Source: Octopus sinensis (lineage: Eukaryota). Taken from it: a DNA stretch of 64,000 nucleotides. The position numbers and the translations under genes were made by a program. Positions 42,401 through 54,856 of this stretch are shown piece after piece; the stretch's first letter is position 1; every line of letters begins with the position of its first letter. The notes beneath the pieces are model-generated. The model searched no databases. It had not been told where the DNA came from and saw only the letters and a list, made by a program, of their open reading frames with translations. The stretch covers positions 2,666,001-2,730,000 of the forward strand of contig NC_043005.1 of NCBI RefSeq assembly GCF_006345805.1, given 5' to 3'.

Positions 42401-43374
42401 ATCATTATGTACAAATTATCTAAATGTATTTAGTTACAGCAGCCCATTAGATTAGTTCAAAGATCAACTTTGACCTTTGACCTTTCTGCAGCTGATCTAT
42501 ACAACTATATTCCTCTTAAACAGTTTTATGTCTAAATTAGAAATAGTAATAATGATAATGACGATGATGATGATGATGGTGGTGGTAGTGGTGGTGATGG
42601 TGATGGTGGTGATGATGATGATTTTTGGCACAAGGCCACCAATTTCGGTGGGGGAGGGGTTGATTACATTAACCCCAGTGCTTTTACTGACCCCAAAAGG
42701 GTGAAGGGCAAAGTCAACCTTGGTGGTATCGGAACTCAGAACATAAGCATTTTGTGCATCATTGCTAACCATTCTGCCAGTTCTGCATCTCATTTAGTGC
42801 AGTAAGAACAGCAACAAAAGGATTCCTTGTTTCCGTAGAGAACCACAAAATTTGGGAAGAAGAAATATATGAATGTCAGTTTGATTCTAACCCTTGTGTT
42901 TAATTCATTAGTTGCAGAAGAATGGAAACCCTCTCCAGGGTCGTTTTCATCTTTGCAAGTAACAGTCATATTTGGGGGGGGGGGCAATTTCATTAACCAA
43001 ATCCTTCGCCTACAAAATAGGTGAGTTTGTGCCAATATGAAGCATTTCTTGTTTCCAATCGTTGACTAGTGGTGGGTTGGTCCAGTGTAGTTTTTGAAGC
43101 TGGGTTATAGAAATATTCATCTTGATTGCAACTGAGACAACAAAAGAAGATGGGAATGTGAAGAGAGAAGAAAAAGGCAAAGAATAAGAGTAAAGGGAAA
43201 AAGAAAAGAAAGAAGAGGAGGGCAAAGAAAAAAGTATAAAAAGATAAAAACAAAGAAAATTTAGATATAAAAGAAAGGCTGTCGAGATTCTCCAAGACTT
43301 TGCAGCAGATTTCAATTGAGTAAGATTTATGAAGGTTTTATGGAATCGAATAAATATAAAACAGCTCTGCCGAG

Positions 43375-43635
43375 CGAAGATGCACCAACAGAGGTTCCAC
43401 GTCCTGCAAACAGAACAAAATTGCAGGGAAAACAAAGAAAATGTGAACTACACAAGTCTAAAACCAATTCCTTGACCTCAATGCCAACTGACCATCAATG
43501 CCAAACTCTGCAGCAGAGCCTCCTTCTGAGCACACATCAGATTGGTTGACCACAACTGGACACACTGTGCTCTGTCCTGCCCCCATGGAATGTCCTCTAA
43601 CCACTGACAATGATGGACAAGCTAATAAATAATAA
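43375..43635 (+). mobile_element. RTE-BovB 3' remnant
   Basis: Degenerate KCELHKSK...DHQCQT..RA...HIRLVDHNWTH C-terminus, ending gatggaca plus a short AAT tail. Confidence 0.55.
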
Positions 43636-45554
43636 TTTGGTTGAAAACACCCACTTCTGTGGATGATAATTTAGTTCTGCTTCCTGGAGATACTGAAGAA
43701 TTTAGGGCCGAGTTTTGAAGTTTTGTTCATTTGGATGCTGCTAAAAATAACAAGTTTTAAGTTGTGATCACGCCTTAATAAGGGATTTGGGTATTATCAG
43801 ATGAAAAACTGACTGTGATAATCTTCACAGCCAGTTGATGGTTTAGAAGCTTTTTAAGGCAGTGAACTGGCAGAATCATTAACACGCTGGGCGAAATGCG
43901 TTGCCGTATTTCGTCTGCAGTTGTGTTCTGAGTTCAAATTCCGCCAAGGTCAACTTTGCCTTTCATCCTTTCGGGGTCGATTAAATAAGTACCAGTTACA
44001 CACTGGGGTCGATCTAATTGACTTAATCTGTTTGTCTATCCTTGTTTGTCCCCTCTGTGTCTAGCCCCTTGTGGGTAGTAAAGAAATAGGTTTAGAAGTT
44101 TTTCATCATCTCTCACTTCTCCTTTTCTGCCTGCCATTGTCATTTACCAATGTAATCAATAATCAATAACTCTCACCCAAATTGCTTTCAATGCTACCTG
44201 ATTGTAATCAAAGGAGGTTTTAACTGAATTTCCGTCAATTATGATGACAAGGAGTGTTCCAGTTGATCCAATCAACAGAACAGCCTGCTCATGAAATTAA
44301 TATGCAAGTGGCTGAGTACTCCTCAGACACACATACCCATAACATAGTTCTCAGGAAGATACAGTGACACAGAATGTGACAAGGCTGGCCCCTTTGAAAT
44401 AAAGGGACAACTCGTTTTTGCCAGCTGAGTGGACAGGAGCAACGTGAAATAAAGGACACAACACACACCTTGTTATCAAACTTAGGGACATTATAATCAT
44501 CATCGTTTAACATCCGCTTTCCATGCTAGCATGGGTCATGAATTGAATACCCTAACCACTTAGTCATGGCCCCTTCACAGATATTTATGGTGGGGCAATC
44601 TTTGAAAAATACAAAATCAGTTGCTTGAAAAGTAGAAAACCAGACAAACATATCAAACCCACCTCTACACAGATTGTGGGGGGAGGGGGCTGCAAGCATG
44701 GCCATGCACTAAAATGTTTCCTTCCCAGCCCCCATCGTTTTCCCTCCAGTTCCATTGCATGTCATCCAGGGGCCAAAATGTCTTCCACAACAGCCCCAGC
44801 CCAACCAAAGCCTTCTCAGTGGATTTCGTAAACACAAACTGGAAGAAGCCCATTTCTATATTTAAGAGATGAGGAATTATGAACATTATTTACATTTGAT
44901 GGATATTTGTCCTCCTCTTGTTTGTTGTTAACCCAACATTTTGGCTGATACACCTTCCAGCCTTCGTCAGATGTCTTGGGGAAATTTCGAACCTGGGTTC
45001 TCATTCCTGAGGTATTTTTCGATGTTGTTGTTGTTATTATTATTATTATTATTATTCAGGTCACAGCCTGGGATCGAACTCGGAATCTTGGGGTTAGTAG
45101 TCCATGCTCTTAACCACTATGCCATATATCTGTCAAATGTAAATAATGAAAGAAGCCCATCATATATGTGTGCATGTGTGTGTGTGTGTGTGTGTGCATC
45201 TTTGTGTGTGTGTGTGTTAGTGTTTCCCTGCAATGACATCTCATTATAGTCGTAAAGGAGCATCACTGTCATATAAGTGGTGATGTTTCATTTCCTATAA
45301 TTCCATGGAAACATGACCATCCCTGGGGAAATATTCCGTTGCTGGGAAACAGCTGAGGGTTGGTGACAGCAAAGACATCCAGCTGTAGAAAATCTGCCAC
45401 AGTAAGGTTTCCATCCAACCCATGCAAGCAAGGAAAAGTGGATGTTAATCCTTGAGCGTTCAGATTTCTCTGTCGAATGTAATGCTCATTGATTCTCATT
45501 GAGATGAATCAGTCATGTATCACCTGATGGCTTTGAGATATCAATCACATCGTT

Positions 45555-45870
45555 CATCGTTTAACGTCCGCTTTCCATGCTAGCATGGGTTGGACAGGTG
45601 CACCAGGCTCCAGTCTTGATCTGGCAGAATTTCTACAGGTGGATGCGCTTCCTAACGCCAACCACTCCAAGAGTGTAGTGGGTGCTTTTACATGCCACCA
45701 GCACGAGGGCCAGTCAGGCAGTACTGGCAATGACCTTGCTCGAATCTTTTTACACATGCCACCGGCACAGGTGCCAGTAAGGCGACGTTGGTAACGATCA
45801 CGTTCGAATGGTGCCCTTTTACGTGCCACCGGCATGGGGGCCAGTCAGGTGGTACTGGCAATGACCTCGC
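45555..45870 (-). mobile_element. Short retroposon with (GAT)n tail. Related pieces at 44495-44537 and 50865-51018
   Basis: Shared cgtttaacgtccgctttccatgctagcatgggttggac end next to cat repeats. Confidence 0.6.
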
Positions 45871-46227
45871 TTGTGATTGCTTATTCTTAGAACAACATTG
45901 CAAGGCAGGTGTAAGTGGCCAGATCCGGCCAGTTTGGAGATAACACAGGGAAAATATTTTGGCCAAACACGGCCTGTTCAAATGCTAAAAAGTTAAGGCA
46001 ATGATGATGATGATGATAATGATGTGGGTGTCTTGATAATGTATTTTGTAAGTCCTTCATTCATTAAAAACACAATAATGTACTGACTTCACACAAAATC
46101 AATGATTAATTCAACTTCATTTCTTTAAGATTCATTAACAAACTCACACACAAAGACACAAAATATTACAAAGATTGGCTTCAATGAAGGTGGCCACATT
46201 TGGAGTCCAATACACGATGGGGGTTAA

Positions 46228-47078
46228 TCATATCAGATCATAGACGTTTGGTTGCAAAGAGGGACACGGACTGAGAGACGGTAAACAACCCTCAATGTGT
46301 TCACGCATTAATAAGAAAGTACTTTCTTCCCAGTCAGCAGAACTGTGGCCGTCTGTGACAAAGCTAGAGTCCAACGGATACAACAAGTCTGCAGACAACT
46401 GCTGCTGTTGTTGGCTGCTGCTGTTGCTGCTGTTGTTGTTGTTGTTGTTGTTGTTGTAGTTATATAGGCATTTCTTTAGAAACGGTAACTCATCCAAGTT
46501 GAATTGGGCAGCACTGAGTGCCGTGTTGTTATTGTTACTAGCTGTACTGTAGTTGCAAATAGTCCTTGGATCAGTATTACAAGTAGCAGCGGCAGCAGCA
46601 GCAGCAGCGGCAGCGGCTATGTTACCATTAAATAACAAAGTATTAAGAGGCTCCGTCAGTGCTGGGAGATCGGGTAAGGGTGGCGTCGGTGATATGCTGC
46701 TCTCCAGGGTTGCTGGTGGAACGAGATTATAAGAGGAGGCAGAGGAAGATGAAGAGGTTGAGCAAGTGGATGAGGCAGATGAGCCCGTATAACAGGTGGA
46801 TGATGACAAGGGCGACAGGGATGACGTAGATGAAGATAATGAAGAAGGGAAAGAAAGTGTTGTCGGGGTGGTGGTGTCAATGGATAAGGAGGTTAACGAT
46901 CCACTGTGGTTGACACGAGATGATAACGAACTGGGCGAAGGAGCAGGGACCGGGCTGTCACTTCCATCATCAGAGGCAAATAATAAGCTGACTCCATTCT
47001 GGGATTCTTCCGGAAGCTTCTCTGGGTCGTGCATTATCGAAGTTTTAATACTAATCTGCCTGAAGGCCTTCAAGAAAC
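46228..47078 (-). CDS. MLXIP: Mondo-family gene, terminal coding exon with long low-complexity extension
   Basis: Acceptor tcttcttttttccccactgcag|GT, phase compatible with the previous exon (G|GT). Begins GFLKAFRQISIKTSIMHDPEKLPEES, versus MondoA VLSTLRQLSTSTSILTDPAQLPEQA. Stays open for 282 codons to TGA at 46228-46230. Confidence 0.9.
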
Positions 47079-47195
47079 CTGCAGTGGGGAAAAAAGAAGA
47101 ACAGAAAGTGAATAGAGACAAACATAGATAGATAAATATACACTCATAAGCACACGTATATATAAATATATATATCATAAATATTATATATATAT

Positions 47196-47575
47196 ACTAG
47201 CAGATATACCCGACGTTGCCCAGGTTAAAGAGAATAATGAAATTTAAAACCACGGTCTAAATTATGCAGGCCTAAACTGCTAATGGCTGAGATACTAACT
47301 TTCTACATTAATAATTCTCCGACCCATGCCAGCATGGAACATAGACGTTGGGTGAAATGTTAAAAGAAAGTTTCCAACTCATATATGTATATAAAGTAAA
47401 TACACATAATTCAAAAACACGTTTTGTCTAGCTTATTTCATAATCAAAAACCAGATACAGATTATAAACAATGAAAGGCCAATTTTGGTGATTCATTTGA
47501 CAGAGGTAGTAGACATTTTTTGACATCCATTAGTCAAAAAATTATCACAATCTCATCTATTATATAAAACAGAGA
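47196..47575. mobile_element. Short Helentron/DINE-1-like remnant in the last Mondo intron
   Basis: Begins tactagcagatatacccgacgttgcccagg next to a TA run, the same terminal style as 20334. Confidence 0.45.
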
Positions 47576-48521
47576 TGTGTGTATTTGCTTTTTCTCTATC
47601 TCTCTATAGATTTCTATCCATCTCTATAGCTATCTACCTGTCTATATCTTATCTTATCTATCTTTATCTACCTTATTTGTCTCACTAGCTAGCTCTCTTT
47701 CTCTCTCCCCCTCTCTCTATATCTCATTCACTCTGTTTTCACTTTCATTTTTCAGATGCTAAGTTTTCAATCGCTATTTACAAACAACAACAACAAATTA
47801 CTGACAGAAGTAACTTCAGAAATTTCACTTCAATCCGTGCACTTCTTCGTTAGATTTGCCTACAATTTTTTTATTTACTTTTGCAACAAGTGTTTTTTGT
47901 TGTTGACAGAATTATTGATAAAAGTAAGTTCATAATTTACTGACAGAAGTAACTTTGAAAATTTCACAATGAATGGGATTAATGATGGAGATACAGCTAC
48001 ACACACACACACATAAAACAGCTGTGTGGTTAAGAAGTTTGCTTCCCCAACAAATGGTCTTGGGTTCTGTCCTACTGTTGGTCACTTTGGTCAAGTGTCT
48101 TCCACTATAAGCCTCAGACCAGCCAAAGACTCGTGAGTGGAAGCCTGACGGGTATACATACAGGTATACATGTGTTTGTGTGGGTAGGGATAGCTGCATG
48201 CATGGATGTGTGTGGGTGGATGCCTTTGTCTTTCACAGCATCTTCTAGTTGTAAATGAGTGTCACTGTTATACAAGCAGTGCCATTCATTTCCAAAATTC
48301 TGCAAAAACATTTCTGGTCAAGTGGGGGGGGAGATATTATGTTTCTAGGAAACAGGTGAGAGTTTGGGGACAGGAAGGGCACCATCCGACCCATGCTAGC
48401 ACAGAAAAGTGGACATTAAATGTTGATGAAATGATCACACACACACACATTGACAGGTTTTAAACCTTGTTAAACTTGTGCACATTGCGCACTCTGATGC
48501 ACCAAGATGCACCCTACTCAC

Positions 48522-48651
48522 CCTGTCTCAAATTGGTCAATGAAAGAAATTCTTCCTGCCAACAATGTAAACTTTCTAAAAAACTCTGCGTTGTTTTGGT
48601 CACCACCATCTTGTTGAAGGAGTTGAACAATGGCTTGATGAAAAAACTGAA
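48522..48651 (-). CDS. MLXIP: Mondo-family gene, penultimate coding exon (DCD/WMC domain)
   Basis: Acceptor aatattcag and donor G|GTGAGT. 130 bp, phase 0 to phase 1. Translates FSFFIKPLFNSFNKMVVTKTTQSFLESLHCWQEEFLSLTNLRQ, versus MondoA FSIIIKPLFESFKGMVSTSSLEELHRTALSWLDQHCSLPILRP. Not in the ORF track. Confidence 0.92.
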
Positions 48652-51067
48652 CTGAATATTGGTGAAGGAAACCAACAGGAAGTAATTATAAAAATAATTA
48701 GTATTAATTAGAATATTTTGTACGAGTTAGAAGGAAGGGCAACAATCATGGTGTTTGCCAAGACCTCAAAGACCTCAGACGGGCAACCAATTCACTATTT
48801 GCAACAATTTAGACTCAAGAGAAGGCGCTCAAGAGGCACACAGGGGTCACGTTAAACAGAGAAATGGATTAGGACTTCCACACAGCCTTGTCAACAGAAA
48901 ACTGCTGCCAATTCCTTATAAGGAAACACCTAAAATTCTTAGATGAATATACTAGCCCCACCATCACAAACTGTTCCCATTCTTCTCTCGTCATTGAGTT
49001 AGATTAAACATACTTTATGTTTCTTCTTCTCAACATTTATCTCTTTTTCTTCTCCTTCATGACATCCAACCTGCATCCCTCCTTCTGGGCTGGTATCATC
49101 ATGTCACACTGAATTACAATAAAACACCAGATTGCTATGACACCAATGGAAACCGTCTTCTTATCATGTAACTCCTGCCAGGTTTGCAGATTAAACCCTC
49201 TCCAAGTTTTAATTAACAGAGAAATAACACAGAAATGCAAATCAGTGTCATTTTGAGACTGCTAAACTGAGCACTCTTCTGTGTGAGAAACAAACTTCAG
49301 CCTCAAAACTTTCCGCTTACATCATGGACGTTTACCTTTTTTGCAGTTCATTCAATGAATTCCTGAGAATGTTTCTTTTCTTCTATTTTCAATCATGGTG
49401 GAAATAAACATTATTGATTTTAGTGATCTTGAGATTTATTGATTCTGAGCTGGAGTGGGGTGATATCACATAGATTATTTTGTTAGATTGAGAAAGAAGA
49501 GGCATTAATTTATTGATAGATTTTAAACACAGGGTCTCTGTGTAGAGGTGAGTTTAATAAGGAGAGAGAAATTGTTGTAAGAAGAGGGAATGAGATTCGT
49601 TTGTTGCGCCTTGCAACAACTTGGAATGGTAGAGATGAAGGTATATGTTGGAATTCTTTTCCTAAGGGGTGGCCACGAATTAATATCTTGTAAAAATATG
49701 TGAAAACATCAGTGTGTAATCCACTTACCTGTAATCAACCAACCTTTGTAATTATTGCATTCAGTTTAAATGTTTCTTTCTAAACACTCAGGACTGCCCA
49801 ACCCCCAAAGCACTCTTTTGATATTTTCCTCCCCTTTGTAAAGGCATTTGGGCTGGTGGCTACAGTACTGCACTCCTGACCGTAAGGTTGTGGTTTCAAT
49901 TCCTAGACCAGGCAGTGCATTGCATTCTTCAGCAAAGACATTTCTTTTCACATTGTCACTCCAGTCCACTCCGATGTAAATGGACCACCCTGTGACAGGC
50001 TGGAATCCCATTCTGGGGAAATGTTGTGATCTTGGTCACTTATACAACATGGAAAGCAGGTAACTGGTCTTAAGAGTCCTAGGGTTCAAAGACAGTAATG
50101 TCAAGGGGTTGTTGTTGATGATGATGATGATTCTACAACAGCTTCAAGACAATGCTACTACCCAGATTAGAGCCCACTGGCACACAATGTTGTCAAAAGG
50201 CGTTTGGTTTAGGGTGTTGGACTCATAATTGTAAGATTATGGTTTCAATACCTGGACTGCACAGCACATTGTTCTCTTCAGCAAAACACTTCATTCCATT
50301 CAGCTGGCAAAAAGGAGTAATCCTGGGATGGACCAGCATCCCATCCGGGTGGAGAATTTATACGCCATGGCAACCGAGAAATCAGCCCTTACAAGTCAGC
50401 AGGACTTGAGAAGGTAACTTGCCCCATTTTTTTTTTTAAATACGACCCTGGCTTTTCTGGCTTTTTCTGGCCTTTTCTGGCTTTTTCTGGGTTTTGATGG
50501 GATTTTAAAATGAATGATGACAAAATGAAAACAAAGGCAATCTTTTTAAACCTGAATACGTCGTTCAATGTGATGCGTGATACGATAGAGAAGTTTCTAT
50601 GAAACAACCTGGCCCAACATCTCAAGACTTACTTTATCCTAAAATATCACAGGATTCAGAAGAAAATAGCTGGATGCTTTCATCCCCCTTCAAACTATTA
50701 GGGTTAGGGTTTTTACCAGTAAATGACAGGACAGGATTACAGTTATTACCCAAGGTCACTGTGGAACACAAGCTTCAAACTTAGAATTCTTTAAGTCAAG
50801 TGTCCCAACCATTTCGCTTCACAGCCATTGAATACATCATCATCATCATCATCATCATCATCGTCATCGTTTAACGTCCGTTTTCCATGCTAGCATGGGT
50901 TGGACGGTTCGACTGGGGTCTGGGGAGCCAGGAGGCTGCACCAGGCTCCAGTCTGATCTGGCAGTGTTTCTACAGCTGGATGCCCTTCCTAATGCCAACC
51001 ACTCCGAGAGTGTAGTGGACCTGTTGGAAAAAAAAGACAAACACAAACACATAGAGACATAAACATG

Positions 51068-51111
<44 letters not shown>

Positions 51112-51331
51112 CCTCTCTCTCTCTCTCCCTCCCTCTCTCCCTCTCTCCCTCTCTCTCTCCCTCTCTCTCTCTCTCCTCTCTCTCTCTCCCTCTCTCTCTC
51201 TCTCCTCTCCTCTCTCTCCCTCTCTCTCTCTCTCCCTCTCTCTCTCTCTCCCTCTCCCTCTCCCTCTCTCTCTCTCTCCCCCTCTCCCTCTCTCTCTCTC
51301 TCTCTCTCTCCTTCTCAATCTCAAAGGATAC
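48652..51331 (-). other. U12-type (minor spliceosome) GT-AG intron of the Mondo gene, 2680 bp
   Basis: 5' site GTATCCTTT (51331-51323). Branch-like TTTCCTTCACC (48671-48661) about 11 nt from the AG. No separate polypyrimidine tract. Confidence 0.88.
51068..51316. repeat. (CT)n/(CCCT) tract just inside the U12 intron
   Basis: Direct reading. Confidence 0.95.
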
Positions 51332-51455
51332 AATCCAAAACTTCCAGTTCTGTTTGGTTCGATTCTCAACATATTCTTGAAACAAGTTCCTCAAATCGGT
51401 TTTAGGGTAGCTCACCCGATCCACCCCAGAATCGGGGAGTTGCAACTGCAGTTTT
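51332..51455 (-). CDS. MLXIP: Mondo-family gene, exon encoding start of the C-terminal DCD/WMC domain
   Basis: Acceptor ttgtag|A completes CA|A (Gln). 124 bp. Translates KLQLQLPDSGVDRVSYPKTDLRNLFQEYVENRTKQNWKFWI, matching the Mondo hallmark LPATGV...FDEYVKTRTLQNWKFWI. Donor is GTATCCTTT. Confidence 0.93.
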
Positions 51456-54444
51456 CTACAATTAACAATTACATCTCGTTAACATTGATGAAACAAAGAA
51501 GAGGAAGAGAAATCTTTTTTGTTTGGGAGAGAAAAGCAAATAAATAAATAAATAAAAATAAGAATAAAGATAAAACTACATAAAGAGATTATAAGGGATT
51601 ATAGGAGAGAGATTAACAACAAAACAACTGCATCAATAGTCATTTAAATAATAATAAAATTTTAATAATAATAATAATAATAATAAACTGGGGTGTTTTA
51701 AGTAGGGAGAGGACACAAAAATTAAAATTATTTTGAAGATAATGAAGAGAGAGGGAGGGGCAGATTGAGGGAAGGGAAGAGGATGGAGTTGAGAGGGGGA
51801 AAGGGAGAGAGTTGAGAGAAGAGAAATACTTGGGGAAAAGGAAAGGAAAAAGGAAAGAATTAGGGGAGAACCAAGGAGAGTGTGTGTGTGTGTGTGTGTG
51901 CATGAATGGTTAAGAAGTTTGATTGCCAACCCTAAGATCTGAAGTTCCATTTCACATAAAGCAAGTAAAGGTAAACTCTGACCCCAATTAGTCCTATGGC
52001 CTGTCAGTCCAGAAGATCCCTTCCGCTTGTTTATTTAGGCAGGTCCAACCATCCATCCATGACTAAATGGCCAGGCCTGTCCTGACATGACCATACCACT
52101 CGTTCTTGCCAGCTGAGTGGACCGGAACAACATGAAGTGAAGTGCCTTGCTCAAGAACACAACACCCCAACCAGTCCAACACCCCTAACCACTGAGCTAC
52201 ACACCTCCACACTTGAAGGAGGGGGTCTTCTAAAATAATTCCTGATCGACCCAAATCTTGTCAGTGAAATGGGATTGAGAGAAAAAGTGAGGACATCCAC
52301 GGGACTGTCTTTGATGTGGCCACAGACACATGGCACCCTGCTAATTCTGTCTGTAGAATATGGTAAGAATACACGAGGTGTGTGGAATACTCAACCATTT
52401 TCACTACAAAGACTAAGAGATTCAGTTGATGGAACAATTAGAAGATTCACTGAGAGAGATGTGGCAGTGTAGTTGAGGAACAGACTTCCCAACCACATGG
52501 TTCTGGGTTCAGTCTCACTGCACAGCACCGTGGCCAACCAAAACCTTGTGAGGGAATTTGGTAAACGAAAACTGAAAAATACCTGTCATACATATATATA
52601 ATATGTATGTTGGTTCATAGCATCTACTTTTCTGCTTTCTGGTTCTGAAGAGGAGTTAACCACTCCAAAATGCATTCATCTCCCAGTCTGGTCAGGGGGC
52701 ACTGTGAACCGATTTGGTGTATTTACACCCATTTGTCTACAGAGAGAAATTTTCTCCAGATTTGAACTGACAACCATTTTGCATTTACACATATCACTGC
52801 TTAGCACTTTTATTCCACTTGGGTGTGTGTGTTTGCGTGTGTGTGTGTGTGTGTGTGTCCTTCCAATTTTCCACAGAAAACTGTAGCTTGTTTTGAGACA
52901 GGTGAGTGTTAGTGACAGGAAAGGTATCCAACTATAGAAAATCTGCCTTGTCCAATTCATCTAACCCATACAAGCATGGAAAAGTGGAAGTTAAAATGAT
53001 GATGATGACGACGGTGATGACGACGATGATGATGATCCAGCATATGTATGTGAGTTTGTGAATGTGGCCATATTTGAGTGGGGGGGGGGTGAGTATGTAT
53101 CAGTGTAAAAGTCTGTTTTTAAGACCAAGAATCATGAGCTGCTTCTACCGTGCAAGGTTCCTACAGCTGACCCTCTTATACTGACAGGGGCAGTTAGGTC
53201 AAAGACACCTGAATGACCTGGAAAATCCATTGTTATCAGCTACCCTGCCATCCATGACCTCCAACTTCTAACACGAACATTTATTGCCAACAAGAAAATA
53301 TCTACATGGTAGGTCAACTTGCCAGAAATAGCAGCCAAATGTCACTCAAATCACACTCTAACATCTGAGAAGCAGAGAAACAAGGGTTAAGCAGTGGGGA
53401 GGAGAAGAGGGAGATACAAAAGTAAGGAGAATTCTCGGAGATATACAGAGAGAGGGAGAGAGAAGAGTATGGGGGGGTGGGGAATAATACAAAGATGTAT
53501 CATCATCATCATCATCAACATCTTTTCATTCCCGTCACTTATTCTGGCCTGGGTTGGATGGTTTGAGAGGATCTGACAGACCCGAGGACTGTACTGTGCT
53601 CCAGTATGGGGGGGGGGGTTTACAGAAAGATAGAAAGTTAGGCAAAAATCTTCTAAAAGATAAAGAGAATCATACAACAGAGAGAGAGAGAAGGAGAGAA
53701 AAGGGGGAGAGGGGGGGAGAAAAGGTGAAGAAGGAAAAAGTTTAGCAAATTTAGAAGAAATGTTGCAGAGAGAAAGAATCTCAAGAAAAGTCTGTAGGAA
53801 TTTTTCAAAAATGTTCTTTAAGATGGTGGAGAGAAATTGAAGGAAGTATAGCTGCTATTTCTAGGAAACCAAAGGACCACATAAAGTTTTTCTTGTTGGC
53901 TCTAACTGTCAAAGAATTATTTTTAAATTTGCGAAGCATCTTTAGAACCTCAAACTCTGTTTAAAATTGAGTCACAAATTCTTGTACTGAGCACCTTGAA
54001 CTAAAAGGTAAATCTCATGGTTTTTGTGGGGTTTGTGTAGGGCATAATCCATGACATATCTATGTTTGTAGTGGTGAAGGTATGTGGCTTAGCGGTTAGC
54101 GCATTTGGGTTACAATCGTAAGGTGTTGAGTTCCAGTCCCAGCAATATATTATGTCCTTGAGCAAGGCACTTTATTTCACGTTGCTCCAATCCATTCAAC
54201 ACGCAAAAATGATTCGTACCTGAATTTCAAAGGGGCCAGCCTTGTCACACTCTGTGTCACACTGAATCTCCCCCGAAAACTACGTAAACGGTACACGTGT
54301 CTGTGGAGTGCTCAGCCACTTGCACGCTAATTTCAGGAGCAGGCTGTTCCGTTGATCAGATCAGCTGGGACCCTCGTAATCGTAACCAACAGAGTGCTCC
54401 ATGTTTGTAGTATGAGATATAGCATGTTTACGTGTGTGTTATAA

Positions 54445-54856
54445 GTAGTGGGTAGCGATTTTCTTCACTACTTCAGGGAGTGATGACCCTGCCTGACACG
54501 AGTCCCAGGCTCAGCTGACTCTGGCTGACAGTCCCCAGTATGGGCCCCTATCCTGGGTTACGGAAAGGAGACAACCTTCAAAGAAATCCAGAGTGGGACC
54601 CCATAGGCAGTTTAGTGTTCGACTTGACAGTTTTCCGGTAGCTCCTGCAACCATGCTGGTGCCAAACGTAATGCTCTACACGTCAGCAAAGTCAAGACAG
54701 GAACCCTGACGATTGGGCTACCCAGGATTTTCTTACATCTAGCCCAGGCCTGTGCAAAACTGGAGAGGAAACTTCAGTGAAAAACCAGGCTGGATTATTT
54801 TATGCGCAACTCCATTGTTTCCCCGAGACAAAAGGATGCCAACAACAACAACAACA
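54445..54856 (+). mobile_element. RTE 5'UTR-like non-coding repeat with (AAC)n tail
   Basis: Contains gctcctgcaaccatgctggtgccaaacgta, which resembles RTE leaders as recalled. Ends ggatgcc(aac)n. Confidence 0.4.

Noticed and set aside
47079-47178. N-terminal part of the 316-aa ORF
   Set aside because: Intronic polypyrimidine/TA sequence. The exon begins at the acceptor at 47078.
50864-51331. ER-repeat continuation of the WKFWI ORF
   Set aside because: It is the (GA)n tract inside the U12 intron.
54445-54560. HDV-like ribozyme at an RTE-like leader (also looked at 6190-6400)
   Set aside because: I could not build the nested double pseudoknot by eye, so it is left unclaimed.
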